From the IMG/VR virus record IMGVR_UViG_3300029305_003084: DNA of 64,000 nucleotides. One strand, written 5' to 3'. This document shows positions 19,943 through 30,608 of the stretch, one piece after another. The first letter of the stretch is position 1. Each line of letters starts with the position of its first letter. Both the position numbers and the translations under genes were made by a program. The DNA is from a virus (Duplodnaviria; Caudoviricetes). The notes beneath the pieces are model-generated. The model was not told the origin of the DNA. It saw only the letters and a program-made list of their open reading frames with translations, and made no database searches.

Positions 19943-21643
19943 ATGGGAGTCATAAATAATCTTCCTAATAAAAATAGTGGTAATAGTAGTTCCGGTGGAG
20001 CTTTAATTAAAAAATATCGAGTTGCTTCAGGATATACAGTAAACGCCGGTGATGTTGTTAATGTAAATGATAATAATGAAATTTATTCTACAAATATAAA
20101 AACTGTAGTATATGATGATATTGTAGTACCAAATAATAATAAAAATGCAGAATTTGTTCAAATTAACGATAATACAATATTTGCAGTATATCGTGATTCT
20201 ACTAATTCGTATACATGTTATTGTATTGTAAAGTATATTGATGGTAATTGGACTGTTACATATACTAATAATTTAATAACATCGGGTACTGGTGAAAATT
20301 ATGAAAAAACTATTGTTAAAATGAATGATTATAGATTTTTTGTTACTGAACATGATACTGATAATGAGCCGACTGGTGATTTATATTTCATTCAATTTAA
20401 TAACGATTACTCATCTTCAACAATTGCAAGTATTGCTAATTCAATGAGCAATGATCGAGTAGTAGAAGTATATGAATCACTAAATGAATCCACATTACTT
20501 CAACTTGGTGGCTATTATAATGGTAACAATGGATATGTTGCAGTATACACTTTCGATGGAACTACAATAACAAAAGCCGTAGCTCCTAAGTCAGTATCTT
20601 CTTTCTCTTGTGGTGATGATCGTACGATAATAAAAACTGCAGAAAATAAAGTTATTGTATTATCTGAAGGCGGTAATAGTAGTGTTTCTTCTATATTTGG
20701 AATGACCTGGGATGGTTCAACTCTAACAACAAATAAGCTATTTTCAAATAGTACAAGTTCTGTACCATATGTAATATATCAAAATGATAATATAATTTTA
20801 GTATGTCATAGTTATGCTGGATCTTCATCAGATGCTATTTATAAAATTAGTAATATTACAGCAGATATCCCTACATTTGAGAAGGTAGTTACCACTAATT
20901 ATGAATCACCACTTAGAAGCAATTCTAGTACTACTATGTATTTAACATCTCAAAATAATACTTCATTATTTATAAAAGATAATAATATTTATGAATATAG
21001 TGTAGATTTAAGTACTTATGCATTCAATCTAGTAAACACATACACATTCACTCACTTTAAATCAACTGAAATTACATCATTGGAAAAAGTGGAATCAGGA
21101 ATTAAAATATTCGTGAATAATAAAAATTTTTATGATTTAAAATACAATTTACCAGTTACTGATAATGTCGTATTGTATAATTTAATTGTTTCTAGTTCAT
21201 CTGAATGTATTGCATTAGAATCAGGAAATGAAAATGCTGAAATTAATTGTATTTATTCTGGTTCTGCAGAATTACCAGTAATGAAAAAAGGTGATAAGAT
21301 TATTAGTTCTGGTATAAGTGCATATTGTCGTATTCCTGGAATTATTGAAATTGGTGCAGAGAATAATGAAAATTTCGTAATTGGCAGTTCCAGTAGTAGA
21401 AATATTGTTTTAGGTTTTATGCCAAAATCTATTGAAATTTTATTTAAAGGAACATCTGGTTCAAATACTGTTGTTACGACCTTTATTTCAAATCGTCAAT
21501 TTTCATCTTACACATGTAAATCATCGGGTGATTCATATCCTACACATAATTCATGTAAAATTACATATAATACTGATGGTGTAAGTGTACCATATGTTAA
21601 AACATCTGAAGTTGGCACTTATCAATATAAAGCATACTTTTAA
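19943..21643 (+). CDS. putative receptor-binding/fibre protein, beta-rich
   Basis: MGVINNLPN start; Ser/Thr/Asn-rich; C-terminal LGFMPKSI domain resembling protein 35693. Confidence 0.65.
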   Translation: MGVINNLPNKNSGNSSSGGALIKKYRVASGYTVNAGDVVNVNDNNEIYSTNIKTVVYDDIVVPNNNKNAEFVQINDNTIFAVYRDSTNSYTCYCIVKYIDGNWTVTYTNNLITSGTGENYEKTIVKMNDYRFFVTEHDTDNEPTGDLYFIQFNNDYSSSTIASIANSMSNDRVVEVYESLNESTLLQLGGYYNGNNGYVAVYTFDGTTITKAVAPKSVSSFSCGDDRTIIKTAENKVIVLSEGGNSSVSSIFGMTWDGSTLTTNKLFSNSTSSVPYVIYQNDNIILVCHSYAGSSSDAIYKISNITADIPTFEKVVTTNYESPLRSNSSTTMYLTSQNNTSLFIKDNNIYEYSVDLSTYAFNLVNTYTFTHFKSTEITSLEKVESGIKIFVNNKNFYDLKYNLPVTDNVVLYNLIVSSSSECIALESGNENAEINCIYSGSAELPVMKKGDKIISSGISAYCRIPGIIEIGAENNENFVIGSSSSRNIVLGFMPKSIEILFKGTSGSNTVVTTFISNRQFSSYTCKSSGDSYPTHNSCKITYNTDGVSVPYVKTSEVGTYQYKAYF

Positions 21644-21752
21644 TTAAATAAATCATATATAGAGATATACGAATAATTCGTATATCTCTATTTTTTATTA
21701 TTTATACTATAAAAAACAATCCAGTAATAAAATCAATTAATGGAGGAATATC

Positions 21753-22154
21753 ATGAAATATATTGCACATAGAAGATTTAAAGGAAGAGCAGCTTGTGGT
21801 GATGTTAATATTCCTGCAATGACAGAATTGTATTTAAAAGATAATGTAATTTATTATGAAGAATATCCTATTTGTTATTTTTCATCTGAGAATGCAAAGC
21901 AATATTTTACTGTAAATGAAGATGGACAGGGTATGCTTCGTGGTAAATTAACACAAGCAATTCAAAAGAAATTAGCAATACGAGATGAAAATTATCAGAA
22001 CCGATGGAATAAAATCTGGGAAGATAATTTATGTGTTAAGAAATATAAGAGAAAAGATAGTGGTGAAAACTATTTCTTATGGGATACTGAGTTCTTTAAT
22101 GCTCCTATTCTAGATCTACAGCATATTGCAAGTTTAATTGATGTAAAAGTATAA
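21753..22154 (+). CDS. conserved clostridial-phage hypothetical protein
   Basis: MKYIAHRRFKGRAACGDVNIPA; late motif at 21715-21726. Confidence 0.7.
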   Translation: MKYIAHRRFKGRAACGDVNIPAMTELYLKDNVIYYEEYPICYFSSENAKQYFTVNEDGQGMLRGKLTQAIQKKLAIRDENYQNRWNKIWEDNLCVKKYKRKDSGENYFLWDTEFFNAPILDLQHIASLIDVKV

Positions 22155-22195
22155 AATATAAGAGAATACTGTAAAAATACAGTATTCTCTTTTTA

Positions 22196-22768
22196 TTAAG
22201 CTTTCATTACATAACAAAGTGCATAGTAAGGTGGTCTGTTCTCATGAGCTTGTCCACCACCAGTTTTTCCAATTGATCCGCTAAGTGATTTGGCGGATAT
22301 ATTATAATCGTTAGCTCTATTTGAATTTTCAAATGTCGTTGTAGCAGTCGATATATTAGTATAAAAATTATAATTACTACTGTTACTAAATGTATGTGTA
22401 TGACTAGGCATTTGATTGGTCGTTAATGTTACAGTATCACTACCACCTGTAGCACCAACAGTATATGTACTACCAGCACCAACAATAAATCTATTTCGTA
22501 AATCAGGAGTACCATTAGTACCATCACACAGTAACCAACCATTAGGAATTGCATTAGATGCACCTGACCATAACACAATCATACCAGAAGGAATTCCTGA
22601 ATTGTTTTTTAACGAATCTAGTTCTGTAGATAGTCCAGTAATATCTGATGTACTATGAGAATGTGTTTTTACATCAGCATTTTTCATATTAGATACATCA
22701 GTTTTTAAATTTTTAATATCTTCAATAGTATCTGGATTGTCAGATAATATATTATTTAAAATTGACAT
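22196..22768 (-). CDS. short tail fibre with tail-collar domain
   Basis: IPSGMIVLWSG...GWLLCDGTNGTPDLRNRFIVGAG, HTHT, HENRPPYYAL; MSILNNILS start. Confidence 0.85.
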   Translation of the reverse strand: MSILNNILSDNPDTIEDIKNLKTDVSNMKNADVKTHSHSTSDITGLSTELDSLKNNSGIPSGMIVLWSGASNAIPNGWLLCDGTNGTPDLRNRFIVGAGSTYTVGATGGSDTVTLTTNQMPSHTHTFSNSSNYNFYTNISTATTTFENSNRANDYNISAKSLSGSIGKTGGGQAHENRPPYYALCYVMKA

Positions 22769-22810
22769 ATATATTACCTCCTATGTTAATGAATTAATCG
22801 TGTTAGTATG

Positions 22811-22866
22811 CTAATTATATGAATTATATTAATGAAACATTTCATTAATATAATTCATATAATTAG
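22811..22866. repeat. palindrome B copy 2, followed by a second 34-bp palindrome at 22869-22902
   Basis: Identical to copy 1; TATAAAAGAGAAACATATATGTTTCTCTTTTATA follows. Confidence 0.97.
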
Positions 22867-22922
22867 GTTATAAAAGAGAAACATATATGTTTCTCTTTTA
22901 TATTTTTAAGGAGGGAAATAGA

Positions 22923-24773
22923 ATGGCTATTGAATCAATTTTTCCTGACAAAGCTAGTGATACATCTTCTTCATATGAAGTAGGTGATATGAGAAATAGT
23001 ATAAAGAGTTATTTAGGTGAAGAGTGGGTATTATGTGATGGTCGTAAGGTTGATGAATCATTATATCCTGAAATATCTCAATATTTAGAAAAAGGTAATG
23101 CATTAGAAGAAAGTTATTCTAGTAAATATTTAAGTGATTCAAATACGGTAACTCCAGGTGGTATATATTATCACAATGGTGTTTGGTGTATGGTCGGATA
23201 TGTATACCATACAACTGCTTCAAAAGCCACATATTATCCATATTCATACCATACTACCGATCCATCTGGTGAATGGAAAGAGACTAAAATGGGTAATAGT
23301 ACCAGTTATATAACTGATGTATGTTATCATGATGGATTATGGGTTGCTTGTGGTTACGACAAAAGCAGTCATTATGGTCGAATTTGGTATTCTGATAATT
23401 TAGATAATGGATGGACTGAATATACTGCTACATCTAAAATGGATCGATTTTCATGCATTCATTATCATGATGGAATGTGGGTAATTGGCGGCACATATGT
23501 TAGTTATGAATCGGCAATATATTATACTACTGATATAAAATCAAAATCTTGGACTAGAGTAAGTTTATCATCATATGAAGATTACAATGGAATAATTTCT
23601 ATTAATTACGTCAATGGTTATTGGGTTGCTGGATGTAAAGGTGCTGGTGGTATTTTCTATACTACTGATCCATCTGGTACGTGGAGTCAAATGCCTATTG
23701 GTAGTAATATTAGTACACTTTCAGGAATGAACCATATATCGTATTATGACAATAAATATGTTGTTATTTCGGGACGTGGTGGAAGTGGTGGTTCTCCACT
23801 TCACTTACATGTATATTATACACCATCATTAAATACTCAATTAACAGGACGTACTACAATACTTACAAATAGTAGTGCATATCGCAGTCCTAATGTATCA
23901 TACAATAATGGGTTATATACAATTTTATCAATATATGATGGATATAATACATTATCGTATACTAGAAATCCATTAGATGCCTGGACAATTAAACAAATAT
24001 CACAATATACAACTACAAATGAAATTTTATCAGAAATATATACAACTGGTGATCAAACAGTTATGGTTGGATATAATGGTAGTACATTTTATCCATATAT
24101 TACATATACTGGGAAATCAGAATATATTATTCCTACAATAAATAATATTTCAGATATTAATACTTTTATTAAAGTGAAATCATCTAATAGTGGTTATAAT
24201 TTACCTAGTGGGTATATGTTATTAGATTATATTGAGTCATCTGGTACTCAGTATATTGATACTGGATTTACACCTAATCAAGATACAAGAGCAGTATTAG
24301 ATTTATGGGTAACAAATAATGCGAGTGGAAATGTAGCATTATTCGGTGCAAGACAAGGTACAAAAGTTACTACATTTGCAGTATGGCTTGGAGATGGTGT
24401 TGTTAATCCTCAGTATGGTTCTATTGCATATAACACCAAAACCTTAACTCTAGATTATGCAACACGATTAACTTACGATATGAATAAAACTGCATTTTCT
24501 GTAAATGGGCAGACTGTTACATTTGCAAGTGAAACTTTCTCTGCTGGATGTAACTTAACTTTATTATCTGTAAATACTGCAGGTGCTGTTGATACTCGTA
24601 TAAGTGTAGGTAAATTATATTCTTGTAAATTATATGATAATGGTACATTAATTAGAGACTATATTCCTGTAATGAATGAATTTGGTGTAGCAGGTCTTTG
24701 GGATTTAGTAGAAAAGAAATTCTATGGTAGTGCTACATCTACAGCATTTATTGCTGGTAATATTTTAGCATAA
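22923..24773 (+). CDS. fibre protein: collar-like N-terminus, propeller-like repeats, C-terminal LPSGY domain
   Basis: WVLCDG...YPEI, YTTDPSGTW repeats, LPSGYMLLDYIESSGTQYIDTG. Confidence 0.75.
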   Translation: MAIESIFPDKASDTSSSYEVGDMRNSIKSYLGEEWVLCDGRKVDESLYPEISQYLEKGNALEESYSSKYLSDSNTVTPGGIYYHNGVWCMVGYVYHTTASKATYYPYSYHTTDPSGEWKETKMGNSTSYITDVCYHDGLWVACGYDKSSHYGRIWYSDNLDNGWTEYTATSKMDRFSCIHYHDGMWVIGGTYVSYESAIYYTTDIKSKSWTRVSLSSYEDYNGIISINYVNGYWVAGCKGAGGIFYTTDPSGTWSQMPIGSNISTLSGMNHISYYDNKYVVISGRGGSGGSPLHLHVYYTPSLNTQLTGRTTILTNSSAYRSPNVSYNNGLYTILSIYDGYNTLSYTRNPLDAWTIKQISQYTTTNEILSEIYTTGDQTVMVGYNGSTFYPYITYTGKSEYIIPTINNISDINTFIKVKSSNSGYNLPSGYMLLDYIESSGTQYIDTGFTPNQDTRAVLDLWVTNNASGNVALFGARQGTKVTTFAVWLGDGVVNPQYGSIAYNTKTLTLDYATRLTYDMNKTAFSVNGQTVTFASETFSAGCNLTLLSVNTAGAVDTRISVGKLYSCKLYDNGTLIRDYIPVMNEFGVAGLWDLVEKKFYGSATSTAFIAGNILA

Positions 24774-24786
24774 GGAGGAAAATAAT

Positions 24787-26517
24787 ATGCCTCTAGTTTC
24801 TTCATTTTCCTCTGGTAGTTCAGGGGATAAATATCAAGTTGGTCAATTAAGACAGAGTTTAAGAAAATATTTAGGTGAAAATTGGGTAAAGTGTGATGGT
24901 AGTATTATTGATGAAACTGACTATCCTGAGTTATGTAAAAAAATGTACATAACATCAGATTTGGAAAATAATTGGGTTGCAAAAAAAGTATATAATTCTG
25001 CATCTGATATACCAAATATACAAAGTATATATTGTTATAACGGTACTTGGGCTATGATTGGACATCCCACTTCTGAAGCAACTAGTAAATATCCATATGT
25101 TTATTATACTAATGATATTACTGGCACTTGGAATGAAGTTAAATTTAATTTTGGTGGTGCACGTTTATATAATATTCGGTGTTATAATGGTCTATGGTTA
25201 ATTACCGGAAATTCTACAATATATTATACAACAGATTTATCTAGTTCATGGAATAAAATATCTTTAAATGGATATTTATGTAATATAGAATATGGTGATG
25301 GGTTATATGTGACTGCGTATTCTGATACTACTAATCTCACAAATCATGTTTACTATACCAATGATCCTACTGGGACTTGGACACTGATAACATTACCTAA
25401 TGTTAATTACTCCATATCTAAAATACAAAAGGTTATGTATGTCAATGACATATGGTATATATTTGCTATCAGTAGTAATAGGAATATAGTTTTGTGGTAT
25501 ACAGATGATCCTACTGGGACTTGGACTGGAAAATTAGTTACTACAGATAATGCATCATATTTATATGATATATGCTATCATAATAATATGTGGGTTGCAT
25601 GTGGTGATACTACCAATAGTATAGACGGATATTCAGTTATTTGGTATACAAATGATCCTACTAGAACTTGGAATAAAATTCAATCAAATAACACAGATGA
25701 TCCAGCTATAAAGTCAATAATGTATCATGGTGGTAGATGGATAGGTCTCACAGGTAAAGATTATTATCCATATATTTATTATACTAATCATCCTGCTGAA
25801 ACATGGACACTAACTCAAATTGCTAAAGATGTTACCCAGTCCGGAACATGCATGTATATATACAATAACGATATTGTAATCGGATCTAATAGTACATCAT
25901 ACGGACCTTATGTAATTTATCATAATAGTTCATATTATCAACTACCTGAAGCAAATAATACTTTTATTAAAGTAATGGAAAATGAATATACATTGCCTAC
26001 TGGTTATACCAGATTAGAGTATATTGAAAACAATTCTGATGCGTATATTGACTCTGGACTTGTTGTAAATAAAACTGATACATATGAATATATGATAGAT
26101 GCATTGTTCACAAATGATACATTTGCTGGTGCAAATGGTTATATGCAATTTAAGAGTGGAATAGCATCTAATACACGATCTAAGATTAGAGTAACTTATG
26201 ACGGTTCATCTAATGTAGAAAATATTTATGTTAATAATACATTAAATTCATCTACTGATTGGACCGATTCATATAATGGTACAAATGTAAAAATTGGTAT
26301 TTTAAAAATGGGTAATGCTGATAATACATGGTACGATAATAATGCTCAGACTGGTAAAGTATATGCACAAAGTATTAAAAAAGATGGAAAATTAGTTAGA
26401 AATTATATTCCTGTAATGAATGATTCCGGTGTAGTTGGTCTTTGGGATCTAGTAGAAAAGAGATTCTACGGTAGTGCTACATCTACAGCATTTATTGCTG
26501 GAACTAAACTATCATAA
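24787..26517 (+). CDS. fibre protein, paralog of 22923
   Basis: WVKCDG...YPEL, YTNDPTGTW repeats, LPTGYTRLEYIE domain. Confidence 0.75.
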   Translation: MPLVSSFSSGSSGDKYQVGQLRQSLRKYLGENWVKCDGSIIDETDYPELCKKMYITSDLENNWVAKKVYNSASDIPNIQSIYCYNGTWAMIGHPTSEATSKYPYVYYTNDITGTWNEVKFNFGGARLYNIRCYNGLWLITGNSTIYYTTDLSSSWNKISLNGYLCNIEYGDGLYVTAYSDTTNLTNHVYYTNDPTGTWTLITLPNVNYSISKIQKVMYVNDIWYIFAISSNRNIVLWYTDDPTGTWTGKLVTTDNASYLYDICYHNNMWVACGDTTNSIDGYSVIWYTNDPTRTWNKIQSNNTDDPAIKSIMYHGGRWIGLTGKDYYPYIYYTNHPAETWTLTQIAKDVTQSGTCMYIYNNDIVIGSNSTSYGPYVIYHNSSYYQLPEANNTFIKVMENEYTLPTGYTRLEYIENNSDAYIDSGLVVNKTDTYEYMIDALFTNDTFAGANGYMQFKSGIASNTRSKIRVTYDGSSNVENIYVNNTLNSSTDWTDSYNGTNVKIGILKMGNADNTWYDNNAQTGKVYAQSIKKDGKLVRNYIPVMNDSGVVGLWDLVEKRFYGSATSTAFIAGTKLS

Positions 26518-26534
26518 GTAAGGAGGGATAATAC

Positions 26535-27803
26535 ATGGCTATTTTATCAAATTTTGATAGTTCTTCTAATATCGTTTCATTAGAAGGTTATGAACTAGGC
26601 GATGTTGAATCCTTCGCTAGTTCAGATATAGAGTTAGATGAAACTTGGTTAAAATGTGATGGTAGTAATGTTGATGAGTCAAAATATCCTGAATTATCTC
26701 AGTATTTAACCAATAAAATTGACCCATCTTCAAGTGGATGGACTGTGAAAAAAATAAACAATAATACCAAAATAAAATTAATGAGTATTTATTACTATGA
26801 CGGATTGTGGGTAGGATGTGGATACACTCAAGCTAATAATTATCCGTGTATATTATATACGACTGACCCATCATCCACATGGACAACAAAAACACTCCAA
26901 TCATCAATAATATATACTAATTCAATTTATTGCTATAATGGTACATGGGTAATATGTGGTGCTACGGGTACAGGTCTTCCAATAATATATTATACCAATG
27001 ACCCTACTGGAACATGGACATATAAACAAATATCAACTTCTGGTGGTAATACTAATAGTTGTGATTCTATATATTGTTATAATGGTATGTGGGTAATTAC
27101 ACATTCAAAAACTAATGGGTATCCAGTAATTTATTATACAACTGATCCTACTGGAACATGGACGAGAACAGAAGTACAGACAGGATATTATGCTGGAATT
27201 CATAAAGTATATTGCTATAATGGTATATGGGTTCTATGTTTATGTTCTAATGTAAATAGTTATCCTGCACGTATTTGGTATACAACTGACCCTAGTGGAA
27301 CATGGACACAACAAAATATAGACACTTCAGTGACTGTACAAATAACTGATATATATCATCATAATGGATTATGGGTTGCATCAGGAAAGCATTATTCTTC
27401 AAATTTTCAATACTTTTTCTATTCAAAAGATCTCACTGGAACATGGTCGTCATTTATGAGTGATTTCTCTACAACAAATTTTAATGGTGCTTACACTTAT
27501 CCATTATACTGTCATAACGGTACATGGTTAATGGGTTCTACATCATATAGTACAAATGGTACATCAACTATATATTTAACATATAGTAATGATTTATCAA
27601 AAGGATATCAGGTTGTAGCATTACATAATAAAGTTGGTACATATGCTGTATTAACAGATATTTATGGTAATGAAGATACTGTATGTATAGCTGCATATGG
27701 TGATAATAGTAGTGAATATCCTTATATTTTATATAATAAGGGAAAATTAGTATTACCTAACACATCTTCTACCAATCCAAATACATACGTTAAAGCAAAA
27801 TAA
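26535..27803 (+). CDS. fibre protein, paralog lacking the C-terminal LPSGY domain
   Basis: WLKCDG...YPEL, regular YCYNGxW/YTTDPTGTW repeats. Confidence 0.75.
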   Translation: MAILSNFDSSSNIVSLEGYELGDVESFASSDIELDETWLKCDGSNVDESKYPELSQYLTNKIDPSSSGWTVKKINNNTKIKLMSIYYYDGLWVGCGYTQANNYPCILYTTDPSSTWTTKTLQSSIIYTNSIYCYNGTWVICGATGTGLPIIYYTNDPTGTWTYKQISTSGGNTNSCDSIYCYNGMWVITHSKTNGYPVIYYTTDPTGTWTRTEVQTGYYAGIHKVYCYNGIWVLCLCSNVNSYPARIWYTTDPSGTWTQQNIDTSVTVQITDIYHHNGLWVASGKHYSSNFQYFFYSKDLTGTWSSFMSDFSTTNFNGAYTYPLYCHNGTWLMGSTSYSTNGTSTIYLTYSNDLSKGYQVVALHNKVGTYAVLTDIYGNEDTVCIAAYGDNSSEYPYILYNKGKLVLPNTSSTNPNTYVKAK

Positions 27804-27862
27804 ATTATTAGAGATATATAGATTATTTAATAATCTATATATCTCTTTTTATAATGAATATA

Positions 27863-28213
27863 TTATGAATTATATTGGATATAATAAAATTCAAATACAG
27901 AAGTAAGTGTTCCTTGTTTAATATAAATGAATGGATAATCATGATATGTCATGCTATCTTTATATGGTGCAGAGTACCAATAAGTTCCAGTATATATTGA
28001 CCCCGGTAAATGTTTATATGACATTTCACCATCTACCCAAATTGCAATAATGCAATCATTTTTATTTGGTGTTATTCCTGCCGCAGTAACATAGCTTGTT
28101 AAATTCAATTCCCCTTGATAATATTGTGCTGAGTGAATTTTAGTTATTTTCAACCCTTTTGTTGATTGTGTATTATAACCAAGAAAAGGTGCGAAGTTAT
28201 CTATAATAGACAT
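27863..28213 (-). CDS. small cassette protein
   Basis: MSIIDNFAPFLG start; paralog of 28323 (SYVTAxGIxP, DYP). Confidence 0.7.
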   Translation of the reverse strand: MSIIDNFAPFLGYNTQSTKGLKITKIHSAQYYQGELNLTSYVTAAGITPNKNDCIIAIWVDGEMSYKHLPGSIYTGTYWYSAPYKDSMTYHDYPFIYIKQGTLTSVFEFYYIQYNS

Positions 28214-28227
28214 TTCTCATACATCCC

Positions 28228-28264
28228 CCTTATAAACAAATTTATAATAAATTTGTTTATAAGG
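28228..28264. repeat. palindrome A copy 3
   Basis: Same core; followed by hairpin 28272-28314 nearly identical to 19084-19118. Confidence 0.95.
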
Positions 28265-28322
28265 ATAAAAAATATTTAGAAGATATAGGCACTTTACCTA
28301 TATCTTCTAAATATATTATAAT

Positions 28323-28703
28323 TTAATATCGTACATAATACACATCAATATTATTAAAATGAGAATTATAATTCAATACAACACATGGATAATCATATTC
28401 TTCCTGATTATAATTCCAGTTTAATTTTTGGGTATTTCCATTATAAGTACATGTACTCATTCTTAAATCCATACGTCTAATAACCGATGAACTATCACTT
28501 GGAATGGTTAGTATTAGATCACCTTTTTGTGGTACGATACCTAATGCAGTTACATATGAACTCATATCAAATCTTTGATTATCACCAGTAACACTTTCAC
28601 CAATAATTGTCGTTAATTTTACAATTGTACATTTCCAATCAGATTTATTGGATGAACCTCCACCTGCTCCAAGAAAAGGAGAAAAGCTATTTACTATAGA
28701 CAT
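28323..28703 (-). CDS. small cassette protein
   Basis: MSIVNSFSPFLG start; paralog of 27863. Confidence 0.7.
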   Translation of the reverse strand: MSIVNSFSPFLGAGGGSSNKSDWKCTIVKLTTIIGESVTGDNQRFDMSSYVTALGIVPQKGDLILTIPSDSSSVIRRMDLRMSTCTYNGNTQKLNWNYNQEEYDYPCVVLNYNSHFNNIDVYYVRY

Positions 28704-28751
28704 ATTTATTACCTCCTATAATAAATACTATATATTGTTTATGTTAGTATG

Positions 28752-28807
28752 CTAATTATATGAATTATATTAATGAAACATTTCATTAATATAATTCATA
28801 TAATTAG
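28752..28807. repeat. palindrome B copy 3
   Basis: Identical to copies 1 and 2. Confidence 0.97.
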
Positions 28808-28862
28808 GTTATAAAAGAGAAACAATGTGTTCATTAATATAGATTTAGATAGGAGGTAATTT

Positions 28863-29365
28863 ATGTCTATTATTGAAAATTTCTCATTCGCTTCCAATAT
28901 TGGGGTAATAGTTCTCTCGAATTATTAAAAACCACCACAATTTTATTTACTGGTGAAGCACCAGCTTCACCATATGATACAATTGGTATTGTACCAGAGT
29001 TTAATAATATTGATTTAAGTGAATATGAATATATTGAATATGAATTTTAGTGGAGTGATGACAGGTTATGGTACATCACTTACTTGTCAAATAGCATGTA
29101 CGACTAATTTTGAATTTTTTAGTTTAAAATTAGATTCAAGTTCAGATACTTTAACTCTAAATGACTATAAATTGGTTTATACAAAAGACGTTATGAAAGT
29201 GGATCATGGAAATATACCACAGATTCTAATACAGCAACTGTTGATAAATCATTTGATAATATATTGGAATGGAATAATAGTACTTATGTAATATATGATC
29301 CACGTATATTATTTGTTAGAGGTTCTTCAACAACTTTAACAATTTTATTATACGGAAAGAAATGA
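28863..29365 (+). pseudogene. frameshifted cassette gene (three 1-nt indels in homopolymer runs)
   Basis: AGGAGG SD, MSIIENFSF start, stop at 28926; later frames give SLELLKT, IDLSEYEYI and LLYGKK-stop like gene 18320. Confidence 0.7.
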
Positions 29366-29448
29366 TATAAGACAGATATACATATATACATATATATATA
29401 TATTCATTTTATATCATAAATTTTTGATAACAGAAAGGAGATATATGT

Positions 29449-29790
29449 ATGCCGATTTTAAATAATATGTCACCTTTTATTGGAATAAGTGGTTCCAATG
29501 AAAGTTTATTCACAATAATTAAAGAAGAGACACCTTCTTCTGATTATAGTCAAGTCATTACATTTGAAAATGGTGCAAATGGTTTATATATAAAATTAGT
29601 AAATGGTTCTAGACATATATTTGATGCAAGTGCAGATTATTCTCTCATTAATGGATATATCGGTTCTTTAAGATATGGAAATAATTCAGAAATTCAACTA
29701 TATTATGAAAATAATGGGGTTTATTTAAAAGATGATTACGAGTATAATATAAATCGATATGTATTAGAAATTAAGCAAATTAAATTTTAA
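29449..29790 (+). CDS. small cassette protein
   Basis: MPILNNMSPFIG start, AAGGAG SD. Confidence 0.7.
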   Translation: MPILNNMSPFIGISGSNESLFTIIKEETPSSDYSQVITFENGANGLYIKLVNGSRHIFDASADYSLINGYIGSLRYGNNSEIQLYYENNGVYLKDDYEYNINRYVLEIKQIKF

Positions 29791-29809
29791 TATTCAATTA
29801 ATATTTTAT

Positions 29810-29847
29810 CCTATTAAACAAATTTATTTATAAATTTGTTTAATAGG
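29810..29847. repeat. palindrome A copy 4 (variant with compensatory changes)
   Basis: CCTATTAAACAAATTTAT-TT-ATAAATTTGTTTAATAGG overlapping the AGGAGG SD. Confidence 0.9.
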
Positions 29848-29858
29848 AGGATAGAACT

Positions 29859-30512
29859 ATGTCTATCGTCGATAATTTTTCTCCATATCTTGGTGGTACT
29901 TCCCTAAAATCCCAAACAAAAGGTACGGCAACTCCTGATAAATTATTAGATGGAGAAACTTCTTGGGTAAATGGTGAAGAAATTACAGGTACTATGCCAA
30001 ATCAAGGAGCAGTATCATCTTCTTTAAATTGTGGTGGGAGTTATACAATTCCTGAAGGATATCATGATGGTAATGGTAAAGTTACTGCAAATAGTCTAGC
30101 TAGTCAGACAAGTGCTACTGCAACTTCTGATAAAATTATTAGTCCTTATACTGCATGGGTTAATGGTGTTAAATTAACTGGTACTGGAAGTTCTGGTTAT
30201 AAAATTGAAACTGGAACTAGAACTATGGGAGGTTCATCAGTATATATTCCATTATCAACAATAACTAATGTTGAAGGATTTATGGCTATATGCGTTGATA
30301 GTGGTTCATCAAGTGATAATCCCGTTTATGGTGTAACATCATTATCAAATTATATTACATACACAGTTGCGGGTTCATCAACAACATTTAATAAAGCTAA
30401 TAATTTTAGTATAACGTATGGAAATAAATATATTCAAGTGGATGGTATAACACAATCATCTAATTCATATTTTGTTGATGGTGATTATGCATATGTAGTT
30501 TGGGGTAATTAA
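29859..30512 (+). CDS. tail-fibre-like cassette protein
   Basis: MSIVDNFSPYLG start; WVNGxxxTGT repeats and YTIPEGYHDGNGKV motif. Confidence 0.75.
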   Translation: MSIVDNFSPYLGGTSLKSQTKGTATPDKLLDGETSWVNGEEITGTMPNQGAVSSSLNCGGSYTIPEGYHDGNGKVTANSLASQTSATATSDKIISPYTAWVNGVKLTGTGSSGYKIETGTRTMGGSSVYIPLSTITNVEGFMAICVDSGSSSDNPVYGVTSLSNYITYTVAGSSTTFNKANNFSITYGNKYIQVDGITQSSNSYFVDGDYAYVVWGN

Positions 30513-30608
30513 ATTTATTAGAGATATAGGATTTTATTATCCTATATCTCTAATTTTTCCTATATATAAAACATTACTTTAAATAAAGAAAATAAGAATA
30601 AAAGGTCG

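Noticed and set aside
29019-29291. 90-aa ORF from the track as a real gene
   Set aside because: It is the middle frame of the frameshifted cassette 28863-29365
28863-29365. Stop-codon recoding to explain broken ORFs
   Set aside because: Reading through TAG at 29048 soon meets TAA; long genes are intact in the standard code; breaks in nrdD, terL and polB are introns
29375-29404. TA-rich microsatellite-like tract
   Set aside because: Short, single and unremarkable in such AT-rich DNA
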